A stretch of DNA of 64,000 bases from Acidobacteriota bacterium (GCA_963666055.2 CAXWPH010000005.1:1-64000); one strand, 5' to 3'. Positions 41,508 to 51,136 are shown, counted from the stretch's first letter. Program-made: numbers and translations. The notes: generated by a model not told the origin, from the sequence alone.

Positions 41508-42016
41508 AGGCGGTCTCCGAACTCGGGACGGTAGCGGGCCACTCCTCGAAGTGGCTTGGTTCGGCTGGCGTCCAGCGCCAGGATCATGAACGCGTCGTCA
41601 GCGACACCCTCCCACTGACAGCGCACCCCGTACTCGGACGCGCAGACGAAGCCGAAGCGCGGATAGTAACGCGGGTGACCCAATACGACGACGAAGGGCC
41701 ATGCGGCGGCGCGTGCTTCGATGAGCGTGTGCTCCAGGAGCCGGGTCCCGATGCCCTGGTTCTGGTGAGCCGGAAGAACGGACATCGGACCCAGGCCGCG
41801 CCCCTCTGTAGTGCCACGCGGATGATGGATCGACACTGGGGAGAACAGGACGTGGCCGACCACCTGGTCGTCGATCAGCGCCGCCCACGAGGCCACGTTG
41901 GGCAACCCGCGGAGCCTCTCGACGATGTTCGCCTCGTCAGGCTGGCCGAAAGCCAGCTGGTTGACGTTCCGAATCGCCGCATAATCGCTCTGTTGCTCGA
42001 GACGAATCGTAACCAT
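41504..42016 (-). CDS. GNAT N-acetyltransferase (YhbS-like)
   Basis: LGPMSVLPAHQNQGIG; VVLGHPRYYPRFGF. Confidence 0.92.
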   Translation of the reverse strand: MVTIRLEQQSDYAAIRNVNQLAFGQPDEANIVERLRGLPNVASWAALIDDQVVGHVLFSPVSIHHPRGTTEGRGLGPMSVLPAHQNQGIGTRLLEHTLIEARAAAWPFVVVLGHPRYYPRFGFVCASEYGVRCQWEGVADDAFMILALDASRTKPLRGVARYRPEFGDRL

Positions 42017-42052
42017 GTTTTCCTGTTCGCAACCGCGATCGGGCGACCGGAC

Positions 42053-42316
42053 TCACACTACCCGCACGGCTCCCTGGTTGACCTTGGCCGCCGGGCGGCC
42101 GCGAATCATGTGGAGGGTCGCCACGCGGCTGCCACAGCCCGGGCAGTGGATCTCATCATGGAGCTTCGGCGGTGGCTCGGTATGGAAGATCCCGGCGCGA
42201 TCCACCGCGATCTTGTCGAGGAACATCTTCACCAGCCGACCCTTGCCGCTCTTGCGGTAGCGAGCCAGTGGGGCGCCGCAATCGCAGGCAACGTCGATGA
42301 ACTGGCGCTGGGCCAT
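42053..42316 (-). CDS. small zinc-ribbon-like protein
   Basis: CDCG and CPGCG pairs. Confidence 0.6.
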   Translation of the reverse strand: MAQRQFIDVACDCGAPLARYRKSGKGRLVKMFLDKIAVDRAGIFHTEPPPKLHDEIHCPGCGSRVATLHMIRGRPAAKVNQGAVRVV

Positions 42317-42580
42317 AGTCTGAGCTCGTCTTGCTCTTCCGCGCACGGCGTGAAGATCGATGTGTAGCTGCCGATCCAATCGGTCGCGATCAAGCCCAGC
42401 CGCGGGTCGCGATCGCGGTAAGCTGATCGTCGCCGATCGGGTACCGTGAGTCTATTGTCCACCAAATAGCGGCGCTGCTCGGAGCCCTGGACCGGAACCC
42501 GGAACAGATTGGCTGGACGGCGTTTGGGTGAGCCGCTGGGCGCCCGTTGAAGAATGCGCCTGAGCGGCCGAACGCCGGGG

Positions 42581-43939
42581 ATGGAAACGATGACGACTAC
42601 CGAAAAGCAGTCACGGTCAACGGCCCGCTACCTTGATGACACGTCGCGCTCCAAGGAGCTCTACGAGCGCGCCCTACGTGTCATGCCTGGCGGCAGCAGC
42701 CGGCACACCCTGGTGATGGATCCGTATCCAGCCTACGCAGCTAGCGGCCAGGGGTGTCGCGTGACCGACGTGGAGGGCGACGAGCGTATCGATTTCATCA
42801 ACAACTACACGTCGCTGATTCGTGGCCACGCGGATCCGGTGGTTACCGCAGCAGTGCGCGGGGTGGTTGGTCAGGGGACGGCGTTCTCGATGCCCACGGA
42901 GACCGACATTCGGCTGGCCGAGCTGCTCGTCGATCGGGTACCGGGCATGGAGCAGATCCGCTTTGCGAACTCGGGCAGCGAAGGTGTGCTGTTGACGATC
43001 CGCGCGGCGCGGGCGGCCACCGGGCGTTCCAAGATCGCCAAATTCGAGGGTTGCTATCACGGCGTCTACGACTACGCGCAGGCCAGCGATAGCTCACGGC
43101 CGCATAACTGGGGCGATCCGCAGCGCCCCAGCACGACGCTGGAGCCGAGCATGGCGCGCAGCCTACTCGACGAGGTTGTCACGCTCCCATGGAACGAGAT
43201 CGAGGCCTGCCGGGGGCTCATCGAGGACCACGCCGACAGCCTGGCAGCGGTCGTTTTCGATCCGCTTCCGGCCGCCCTCGGATTCGTCGCACCGGACCAG
43301 AGTTTCGTCGGGTTTCTCCGTGAGATCACCGAGAAGCACGGCATCCTGCTGATCGCCGACGAGGTGCTGTCGTTCCGGGTTGGCTACGAGGGTGCCTGCG
43401 CCGCCCACGCCATCGAGCCCGATCTAGTCTCCCTGGGCAAGATCATTGGCGGTGGGTTCCCGGTCGGCGCGGTCATGGGAAAGAAGTCGGTGATGGACGT
43501 GTTCGATCACCGCGTCGGCGAGAAGGTCCATCACGGTGGTACCTACAACGGCAACCCGGTCACCATGGTGGCGGGCTACGAGACCATGCGGCAGATGACG
43601 CGCGAGGCGTACGACCGTCTGGAGTCGCTCGGAGATCGACTTCGAGCGGCCGTTGCCGAGACAGTCGGTCGGCACGGGATCGCGCACCAGGTTACTGGGC
43701 GCGGGTCGCTCTTCGGACTGCTGTTCAGCGAGGCCCCGGTTCGCGATTTCCGTGGCTTTATCGCGAGCAGCTCCGCCGCGCCCGGGCAAAAGGAGATGTC
43801 TGTAGAGATGTTGAGCCACGGCATCCTGCTGGGACAGCGTGGGGTGCTGGGCTGTCTGTCGACCCCGATGGGCACCGACGAGATCGACGCCTTCGTCGCC
43901 GCGCTAGACGAGTCGCTGAGCGTCGTCGCGCGCCGCTAG
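42581..43939 (+). CDS. class III PLP aminotransferase (glutamate-1-semialdehyde aminomutase-like)
   Basis: NSGSE, KFEGCYHG, LIADEV, LGKIIGGGFPVGA, GTYNGNP. Confidence 0.93.
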   Translation: METMTTTEKQSRSTARYLDDTSRSKELYERALRVMPGGSSRHTLVMDPYPAYAASGQGCRVTDVEGDERIDFINNYTSLIRGHADPVVTAAVRGVVGQGTAFSMPTETDIRLAELLVDRVPGMEQIRFANSGSEGVLLTIRAARAATGRSKIAKFEGCYHGVYDYAQASDSSRPHNWGDPQRPSTTLEPSMARSLLDEVVTLPWNEIEACRGLIEDHADSLAAVVFDPLPAALGFVAPDQSFVGFLREITEKHGILLIADEVLSFRVGYEGACAAHAIEPDLVSLGKIIGGGFPVGAVMGKKSVMDVFDHRVGEKVHHGGTYNGNPVTMVAGYETMRQMTREAYDRLESLGDRLRAAVAETVGRHGIAHQVTGRGSLFGLLFSEAPVRDFRGFIASSSAAPGQKEMSVEMLSHGILLGQRGVLGCLSTPMGTDEIDAFVAALDESLSVVARR

Positions 43940-43942
43940 CTG

Positions 43943-44917
43943 CTAGCGGCTCGAGTTAGGGTCGACAAGCCGACGCAGCGCTTCCTGTACCGCCGCCCAC
44001 GCCGCGGCGAAGGGTACCGATGGCTCGAAGTGGCCAGCGCCGTCGATTCTCTCCAGTCGTGCACGATCGCCGGCGGCGATCGCGGCGTCGGCGAAGGCGC
44101 GCACGCCCCTGGTGGTAACGATGGTGTCCTGGGCGCCGCTTACCAACACCATCGGTGCTCCGATAGGAAGCCGCGCACTCGGCGAGGCGTCGGCATAGCG
44201 ATCGGGGTGCTCTTCCGGAGGGCCGCCCATCAGTGAATCGACAGCTCCATGACAACTCTGGGTTGGACCAACGCGGTATGCGGACAGGTCAGCGATCGGC
44301 GCTAGCCCGATCACGCCGTGGATCGCCAGCGGAAACGGGCGGTAGAGCTCGCTCTCAGGAGTCAGCCGGTCGCGGGTCGCACTCCACAGGGCAAGGTGGC
44401 CGCCTGCCGAGTGGCCGATAGCGACGACCCTTTGCAGGTCGAGCGGATAGATATCGCCTAGATTGCGCAGATGGTCGATGGCGTCGGCGACGTCGAGAAA
44501 GGTCATCGGCCAGCCACCGGCGCCTGCAACGCGGCGATACTCGATCGTCCAGGTGGCGATGCCCAGCTTGGTCACCGCCGCGGCCAGGTGGCGGAAGTAC
44601 ACATAGTCGAACTCTTGCAGCCAGCAGCCACCGTGGATCAACACCGCTACCGGGTGCGGTCCCGGTCCCGGCGGCAGGCGCAGCTCACCAAACTGGTCGG
44701 GCAGCGCCCCGTAGGCGATCCGGGTACCGGGCGGCGGAGCGAGCAGCGCCTGGACTTCCGACCATGTCACGGGGGAGCTCGGTTGCTCTGCTCCTGGGTG
44801 CGTATCCGCGATCGCCGGCTGCGCACCGACAGCGGAGCGATCGGCCACCGAGGCACAACCGCCAAGGATCGACATCCACACGGCCGCTGCGAGGGCGATC
44901 GATTTCCTGGTATCCAT
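43943..44917 (-). CDS. alpha/beta hydrolase lipoprotein
   Basis: lipobox LGGC; HGGCW; GHSAGG. Confidence 0.9.
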   Translation of the reverse strand: MDTRKSIALAAAVWMSILGGCASVADRSAVGAQPAIADTHPGAEQPSSPVTWSEVQALLAPPPGTRIAYGALPDQFGELRLPPGPGPHPVAVLIHGGCWLQEFDYVYFRHLAAAVTKLGIATWTIEYRRVAGAGGWPMTFLDVADAIDHLRNLGDIYPLDLQRVVAIGHSAGGHLALWSATRDRLTPESELYRPFPLAIHGVIGLAPIADLSAYRVGPTQSCHGAVDSLMGGPPEEHPDRYADASPSARLPIGAPMVLVSGAQDTIVTTRGVRAFADAAIAAGDRARLERIDGAGHFEPSVPFAAAWAAVQEALRRLVDPNSSR

Positions 44918-44992
44918 GCCTGGTTACCCCATTCGCTACGCCAAATTATCAGGAATTGAGGGCATGCTATCGTGCAGGGCCGACACGCCGAC

Positions 44993-45270
44993 CTAGCAGG
45001 CCGTGGTGAAAGTGTGGTGGGTCTGGCGACAGGGTCTTGCGAGGTGGAGGCAAGGAGAGAGGAGGAGGCGATGGATACCCCATCGTTGACGAGGAACGAC
45101 GCAGCATACGCGCGCAACCCCTGTCGCCCGAAGGGTTACGGCGATTTGGGGCCATCTGCAGCGTTGGCCTTCCTCGACGATGGCTAGGGCATCGCCTGTG
45201 TCAGGCCGCCTTGCATCTGGCCCCAACTCGCCGTAACCAGACCCACCACACTTTCACCACGGCCTGCTAG
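44993..45270 (-). mobile_element. MITE copy B (278 bp, inverted relative to copy A)
   Basis: same TIRs and CTAG ends; interior highly similar to copy A. Confidence 0.9.
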
Positions 45271-45285
45271 CGGCGCGGAGGATCC

Positions 45286-46824
45286 ATGAGCGCAAGCATT
45301 TCGTCGAACCGGATGCTGTTCACCGCATCCTTTGTCGCCCTGGTCACGACCGCCTTCGCCTTCATGCTGCGCATCAATCTGATGGGAGTGTGGGAGATTG
45401 CCTACTCCCTGGACAAGACTCAGGTGGGCACGATCTTCGGCGCCGGATTCTGGCCTTTCGGCGCCAGCATCATCCTCTTCAGTCTGATCATCGACAGGGT
45501 GGGCTACGGCAAGGCGATGGCGTTCGCGTTCGTCTGCCACGTCCTCTTCGCAGTGCTCACGATAACCGCCACCGGCTACCGCATGCTCTATTGGGCGAGT
45601 GTCATCGGTGCGCTCGGCAACGGCGCGGTCGAGGCGGTGATCAACCCGCTGATCACCACCGTGTACGCGAAGGATAAGACCAAGTGGCTCAACATCCTCC
45701 ACGCCGGCTGGCCGGGAGGTCTCGTCATCACGGGCGTGCTCGTCCTCAGCGTGGGCGATGCGGTGCCCTGGCAGTACCAGATCGCGGTGATCCTCATTCC
45801 TACCTTCATCTATGGCGCGATGATGCTGCGAATGGAGTTCCCGGTGAGCGAACGGGTGGCCGCGGGCGTCTCGTATCGCGCCATGCTTGCCGAGGTTGGC
45901 TGGGGCGGTGCATTCGTCGCGTTTCTCCTCATCGTGATGGAATTAACTACCAACGTTCTCGGTATCGAAGCGTTGATGAACATCTGGGTCCAGGTAGGGA
46001 TCGCCGCTGCGCTGGCCGCGGTGTATGGCTTCTACGCCCGGTCGTTTGGCCGGCCCCTGTTCGTCTTCATGCTGGTGCTGATGCTGTTTCTCGCCACCAC
46101 CGAGCTCGGAACCGACAGCTGGGTCAAGGACTTGCTCGGGCCTGCGATCGGCACGACGCTCGGCATCGATTCAGGCTGGGTGCTGGTCTACACCGCACTG
46201 ATCATGATGGTCCTTCGCTTGTTAGGGGGCCCCCTGGTGAAGCGCCTACAACCGCTGGGAGTTCTCGCGGTCAGCGCCGTGCTGGCGGCCGCAGGCATCT
46301 ATTGGCTGTCGGTGCTCGGAGGCGAACCGAGCACCACGGCCATGGTGATCATCATTGCCGCGACGATCTATGGCGTCGGGCAGACGTTCTTTTGGCCGAC
46401 CACACTGGGCTTCATCTCCGAGCAGTTTCCCAGGGGCGGCGCCATGACCCTCAACGTCATCGCTGGCGTGGGCATGCTCGGCGTCGGCGTCCTCGGCAAC
46501 GTCTGGCTAGGCAATTTGCAGGACAAGTCCGTCGTCAGCGCTCTCCAGGAGCGCAGTCCCGAGCTGGTGGCACGCTATGTCGAGGAAAGGCCCCCGAGCA
46601 TCTTCGGCGACTATCGTGCCCTTACTGACGAGGCCGTCGAGGTAAGGGAAGCCAACGTAGCCCCCGACGCCGACGCACTTGCGACAGCCACCAATGAGGG
46701 CAAGATGACGGCGCTGCGCAAGGTCGTGGTCCTCCCCCTCATCATGCTGCTGGCCTACCTAGCACTGCTGTTCTGGTTCAGGTCGAGGGGTGGCTATCGA
46801 CCGGTTGAGTTCGGTTCCGGCTAG
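45286..46824 (+). CDS. MFS sugar transporter
   Basis: about 12 TM helices; NGAVEAVINP; HAGWPGG; FFWPTTLG. Confidence 0.9.
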   Translation: MSASISSNRMLFTASFVALVTTAFAFMLRINLMGVWEIAYSLDKTQVGTIFGAGFWPFGASIILFSLIIDRVGYGKAMAFAFVCHVLFAVLTITATGYRMLYWASVIGALGNGAVEAVINPLITTVYAKDKTKWLNILHAGWPGGLVITGVLVLSVGDAVPWQYQIAVILIPTFIYGAMMLRMEFPVSERVAAGVSYRAMLAEVGWGGAFVAFLLIVMELTTNVLGIEALMNIWVQVGIAAALAAVYGFYARSFGRPLFVFMLVLMLFLATTELGTDSWVKDLLGPAIGTTLGIDSGWVLVYTALIMMVLRLLGGPLVKRLQPLGVLAVSAVLAAAGIYWLSVLGGEPSTTAMVIIIAATIYGVGQTFFWPTTLGFISEQFPRGGAMTLNVIAGVGMLGVGVLGNVWLGNLQDKSVVSALQERSPELVARYVEERPPSIFGDYRALTDEAVEVREANVAPDADALATATNEGKMTALRKVVVLPLIMLLAYLALLFWFRSRGGYRPVEFGSG

Positions 46825-46836
46825 CAGGCCGTGGTG
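46821..46836. repeat. isolated MITE terminal repeat (CTAGCAGGCCGTGGTG)
   Basis: overlaps the MFS stop and the FGGY kinase GTG start. Confidence 0.8.
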
Positions 46837-48327
46837 CAGGGGCCTCGCGAGGCGCTGGTGATCGGGCTGGACCTGGGCACCGGTGGGGCGCGGGTGGTGA
46901 TTGCCAGTGCCGGCGGCGAACTCCGAGCGACGGGTCACGCCGACCTCGAGGCCGGTGCAAGAGTGCCGAGCCCCGCGCCGCCGGGCTGGCACGAGCAGGA
47001 TCCCGAAACCTGGTGGAAGGCTGCCAGATGGGCGATCCGCGACGCCCTGCGACAGGTCCGCAAAGTCCCGCATGTCGCAGACTGTCTGCGAGCCATCTGC
47101 GTCGATGGAACGTCGGGAACGGTCGTTGGCATAGACCGCGATGGCAACGCTACGACGCCCGCACTGATGTACAACGATGCGCGCGCCGAGGCGGAAGCCC
47201 ACCAACTCGACGCGCTGGCTCATGAGTATGGTGAAGCGACCGGTCCGCGCATCAGCGCGTCCTTCGGCATCGCAAAGATGCTGTGGATCCAACGGCACCT
47301 GCCGGAAGCATTCGCTGCGACACACATGTTCGCGCACCAGGCCGACTTCATTGCCGGCCGGCTTACCGGCCAGGTGGGCACGACCGACTACAGCAACGCC
47401 ATGAAGTCGGGGTTCGATCTCACCCGCGGGTCGTGGGCTGAATGGATCGACAAGTACCCCGACCTGCGCTCCAAGTTGCCCCGCGTCATGGCGCCAGGTG
47501 AGTCGCTTGGCGACGTATCTGGCGCCGTCGCCGACGAGCTCGGGCTGCCTCGTGGCCTCACTGTAATCGCCGGGGCCACCGATGGCACGGCCGCCTTTCT
47601 GGCGTCCGGGGCGCGTCGCATCGGCGACAACAACACCACCCTGGGAACGACGCTGGTGTTCAAGCGCGTGGCTGACCGCTACGTGCAGGATCCGGATGGT
47701 CTGCTGTACTGCCACAAGTTGCCTGGCGGATCCTGGCTGCCGGGCGCTGCCAGCAACGTTGGTGGAGATTGGATTCGAAAGGACTTCGCCGGCGCCGATC
47801 TCCGGCAACTCGACGATGCGGCAGGCGAGTTGCTGCCGACGCAGCAGCTTGCCTACCCGCTCCGCACGCGGGGCGATCGCTTCCCCTTCAAGTCCATCGA
47901 CGCGGTGGGCTTCTGCGAGCCGGAGGTCACCGAGTCGAGTGTGCGCTACGCGGCCAACCTCCAGGGCACAGCGTTTGTGGAGCGCCTGGGCTACGAAGTG
48001 TTGGATCGCGCCACAGCTGGTGGCGATCAGATCACGTCTGGGGCGGTCTATGCCACCGGCGGTGGCAGCCGAAGCGATGTCTGGATGCAGCTTCGAGCCG
48101 ACGTGTGCGGTCGTGCCTATCATCGACCGAGCTGCCACGAATCGGCGTTCGGAAGCGCCATCCTGGCGGCGGCGGGCACGATTCATGAGAGCCTGCGGGA
48201 TGCGAGCCAGGCTATGGTAAGAATCGCCAGGACGTTTCGCCCGGATCGAGCCCGCCATGAAATGTACGAAGAGCTCTACCAGCGATTCCTGCGGCTTCTC
48301 GAGCAGCGCGGTTTCCTGACCAGGTAG
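46831..48327 (+). CDS. FGGY family carbohydrate kinase
   Basis: GLDLGTGG, EQDP, DGTSGT, GATDG, TGGGS. Confidence 0.93.
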   Translation: MVQGPREALVIGLDLGTGGARVVIASAGGELRATGHADLEAGARVPSPAPPGWHEQDPETWWKAARWAIRDALRQVRKVPHVADCLRAICVDGTSGTVVGIDRDGNATTPALMYNDARAEAEAHQLDALAHEYGEATGPRISASFGIAKMLWIQRHLPEAFAATHMFAHQADFIAGRLTGQVGTTDYSNAMKSGFDLTRGSWAEWIDKYPDLRSKLPRVMAPGESLGDVSGAVADELGLPRGLTVIAGATDGTAAFLASGARRIGDNNTTLGTTLVFKRVADRYVQDPDGLLYCHKLPGGSWLPGAASNVGGDWIRKDFAGADLRQLDDAAGELLPTQQLAYPLRTRGDRFPFKSIDAVGFCEPEVTESSVRYAANLQGTAFVERLGYEVLDRATAGGDQITSGAVYATGGGSRSDVWMQLRADVCGRAYHRPSCHESAFGSAILAAAGTIHESLRDASQAMVRIARTFRPDRARHEMYEELYQRFLRLLEQRGFLTR

Positions 48328-48332
48328 CTCCC

Positions 48333-49016
48333 ATGACCCAGATCGTCACAGAGATGATTGAAGCGGCCCGACAGCTGGTGAGCACCGGCCTCGTAACGGG
48401 AGCAGGTGGCAACGTCAGTGCTCGCGACGGCGACCATATGTGGATTTCTCCGAGCGGATTCTCACTCGAGGACGCGCGGCAAGAGCACTATCCATGCATC
48501 TCGGTCGCAACCGGGGACATCGTCTCGGGCGATTTCCGTCCCTCTTCAGAAGTCCTGATGCACCTCTACGTCTATCGCGCGCGACGCGACGTGAACGCCG
48601 TCTTCCACGCTCATCCGAAGATGACCATCGCCCTATGTTCGGCGGGCCACGACCTGCTCCCCATGTTCGCGGACTACTATGTCTACCTGGGGGCCAATGT
48701 CCCGCACGTGCACTACGTCACGGTTACCACGCCGGAGCTGGCGCGCATCGTCGAGCGCGAGTTCAAGGCTTCCGATTGCAAGGGCATGGTGCTCCGGAAC
48801 CACGGCACAATCACGGTCGGGGCTTCGGTCAAGGAGGCCGCCTTCCGCACGTACGCGATGGAGGAGCAGGCGTTCATCCAGTGGCATGCGCTGCAGGTCG
48901 GCGATCCGACCTATCTGACAGCAGAGGATTGCGCGAAGCTCGATGCGCTCGGCAGCGAGGAGTACCGGAGACGGTTGCTCGCGGAGATGAAGTCGACCAC
49001 CTCAAACGCGTCATGA
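48333..49016 (+). CDS. class II aldolase/adducin family protein
   Basis: GGNVSAR, PSSEVLMH, HAHP, LRNHG. Confidence 0.93.
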   Translation: MTQIVTEMIEAARQLVSTGLVTGAGGNVSARDGDHMWISPSGFSLEDARQEHYPCISVATGDIVSGDFRPSSEVLMHLYVYRARRDVNAVFHAHPKMTIALCSAGHDLLPMFADYYVYLGANVPHVHYVTVTTPELARIVEREFKASDCKGMVLRNHGTITVGASVKEAAFRTYAMEEQAFIQWHALQVGDPTYLTAEDCAKLDALGSEEYRRRLLAEMKSTTSNAS

Positions 49017-49035
49017 GCACACGGAGCGCCCTGCA

Positions 49036-49749
49036 TTGACGTCCCGCGCACTGCTGTTCGACCTCGACAACACCCTCTACCACTACACCCCCTGCGACGA
49101 AGTGGCGCTGGTTGCGACGCGGGCGGTGCTTGCGCAGCACATCGACATCTCGGCCGCCGAGTTTCGGCGACTCCACGACCGCGTTCGTAGCGAGCTCGCG
49201 GAGCGCCTGGGCGGCCAGGCCGCGTCCCACAATCGCACCTTGTTCTTCAAGTCCATGGTCGAGCAACTTACCGGGGCGTGCGGCGGTGATCTCGCCTTGC
49301 GCATGTCCGACCGTTACTGGGAGACTTTTCTCGACTACATGAAGCCCGCGCCCCGCACCCGCGGTGTTCTGGAGAGCCTTGGCGCGAGGCACGATCTGGC
49401 GCTGGTCGTCAACCAAACGGCATATGTCCAGCTGAGGAAGATCCAGCGGCTCGGAATCGAGCGCCACTTCCCGGTGGTGGTAACGAGCGAGGAATGCGGC
49501 GCCGAGAAACCGGACGCGCGCGTGTTTCAGAGAGCCCTGAGCGCGCTGGGCGTCGAGGCGGCCGCGGCGGTGATGATCGGTGATGATCCACACTGCGATA
49601 TCCGCGGCGCCTCCGATCTCGGGATCTCAACGGTTCAGACGACGGAGTTCACCGGCGCGCGCCTCGGGGACGACCAGGTCGGCGCCGGACCCGACGACGT
49701 TATCGGCTCGCTAGGCGAGCTTCCGGAAGTGCTGTCCCGCCTTTCCTGA
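49036..49749 (+). CDS. HAD family hydrolase
   Basis: FDLDNTL, EKPD, MIGDD. Confidence 0.92.
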   Translation: MTSRALLFDLDNTLYHYTPCDEVALVATRAVLAQHIDISAAEFRRLHDRVRSELAERLGGQAASHNRTLFFKSMVEQLTGACGGDLALRMSDRYWETFLDYMKPAPRTRGVLESLGARHDLALVVNQTAYVQLRKIQRLGIERHFPVVVTSEECGAEKPDARVFQRALSALGVEAAAAVMIGDDPHCDIRGASDLGISTVQTTEFTGARLGDDQVGAGPDDVIGSLGELPEVLSRLS

Positions 49750-49813
49750 GATGCGCCGGACTCAAAATCCGGTGGGCTTACGCTCGTGAGGGTTCGAGTC
49801 CCTCCCTCGGTAC
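49749..49813 (+). pseudogene. 5'-truncated tRNA-Leu(CAA), left att site
   Basis: anticodon arm CCGGA-CTCAAAA-TCCGG, long variable arm, T arm GAGGGTTCGAGTCCCTC; 5' acceptor strand missing. Confidence 0.8.
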
Positions 49814-49928
49814 TTTTGTTTTCAACAACTTACACAGATTCATTCCTTGCCGGCTCACCATCTCGTTGATCGCTATCGGGGCGAAGGGTGAGGTGCAACC
49901 CCGTGATTGAACGTGGGCTGCTCAAGCG

Positions 49929-49992
49929 GGATAACGGACACTCGCTTAAGCTGCAGCGCGAAGCGCTGTCAGTCTTCAAGCGATTGTTAGGC
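49929..49992 (-). other. integron attC site
   Basis: minus strand GCCTAAC-AATCG-CTTGAAGACTGACAGCGC-TTC-GCGCTGCAGCTTAAGCGAGTGTCC-GTTATCC: RYYYAAC...GTT ends and imperfect palindrome. Confidence 0.85.
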
Positions 49993-50803
49993 CGCTGCAC
50001 CTTCTTGATCCGGGCACCAACGCCACGTACGCCCCCACTGGATCCTGAAGCACCGCATATGCGTACCCCCGATCGTTCGCCGGTGTCTCCTTGATGATCT
50101 TACCCCCTTCCTGCGGTACGCGACGGAGACTTTCGGCGAGGTCGCCAACGGGGAGGTAGAGCATCCAGACAGGCGGCACATCCAGGTTCACGCCGCGGGC
50201 ATGGCAGACGCCCGCCGCGGCGTTTCCATCATCGCCGAGCATATTGTAGTCGGCGTAGCGCTTGCTCGCGTCGTCCATCTCGACGTCCTTCGCGCTCCAG
50301 CCAACGACCTGTCCGTAGAACTCACGAGTTGCCGTGGCGTCAGATACCGTCAAGTCGAGCCAGGCGACGCATCCCACAGGCGCCGACGGGTCGCGAGATG
50401 CGGCGCCGTCTGATGCGGAAATTTCGTCCGCAGAAACGACTGGAATGATCCCGAACGCCGCCCCATTGGGATCGAGCAGCACCGCCCACTGGCTCTTTCC
50501 ATCGTCGTCCTTGCCATGCATGAGCTCGCTCCCGCCCAGACCCAGGGCACGCTCAACACTCGTTGCGACATCATCGACCTGAATGTGCGGCATCCATTGG
50601 AGCGGGAGCATCTCATGCTCCGTGCTACGCGCGCCCAATCCGATGATCGGCATGCCGAGGTTGTTCATTAGATCCTCGCGCCAAAGCGGGCTCTCACCCG
50701 TGCTGAGTACACGCGAGTAGAAGCGCACTTCACGTTCGTGTTCGGGAACGGCGATGTCGGCGCTGAGGACTCCGCCGACGCGTGGAGCAAAGGGGTCACT
50801 CAT
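49976..50803 (-). CDS. two-domain VOC/glyoxalase protein, integron gene cassette
   Basis: WMPHIQVDDV, DPNGAAFG, WLDLTV, DPVGA; flanked by GTTAGGC and attC. Confidence 0.9.
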   Translation of the reverse strand: MSDPFAPRVGGVLSADIAVPEHEREVRFYSRVLSTGESPLWREDLMNNLGMPIIGLGARSTEHEMLPLQWMPHIQVDDVATSVERALGLGGSELMHGKDDDGKSQWAVLLDPNGAAFGIIPVVSADEISASDGAASRDPSAPVGCVAWLDLTVSDATATREFYGQVVGWSAKDVEMDDASKRYADYNMLGDDGNAAAGVCHARGVNLDVPPVWMLYLPVGDLAESLRRVPQEGGKIIKETPANDRGYAYAVLQDPVGAYVALVPGSRRCSGLTIA

Positions 50804-50869
50804 GGTTTGACCTTCTCGAAGAATCGTGCCGGGTGAGGTCACACTTCGTGTCGGTTTGATCCGGGGTCG

Positions 50870-51052
50870 GCCTAACTAGTATTCGACTGCATTCATCGAT
50901 CCGCCATGGTTGACGATTCCCGCGTCTAACGCAACGGCCACGAGAGCTCCAAGTTACTGAGTGGAAAGGAATTGAACGGTCATGGCGAGGACGGCTGGCT
51001 GCGAGGTCCGCGGCTAAGGATCCCGGCGGAAACTCGGGGCGCTCGCGTCTAA
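50870..51052 (-). other. attI-like site
   Basis: GCAGTCGAATACTA-GTTAGGC core at 50870-50876; three TTAG(A/C)CGCG repeats at 50921, 51009 and 51044; directly after the intI remnant. Confidence 0.6.
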
Positions 51053-51136
51053 GCGTCTTCGAGTTCATCGGCCGGGCTGACCACACCTCGGCCTTTGTTC
51101 AGGACGTGGGGTGTAGATAATCGTCGTCTTGGACAG
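51049..51136 (-). pseudogene. intI: integron integrase C-terminal remnant
   Basis: LSKTTIIYT (+1 frameshift) HVLNKGRGVVSPADELEDA*, matching the IntI TTxIYTHVLNxGxxGVxSPxD tail. Confidence 0.8.

Noticed and set aside
29530-42316. Runs of small co-oriented genes as further integron cassettes
   Set aside because: No RYYYAAC...GTTRRRY palindromes found between them by eye.
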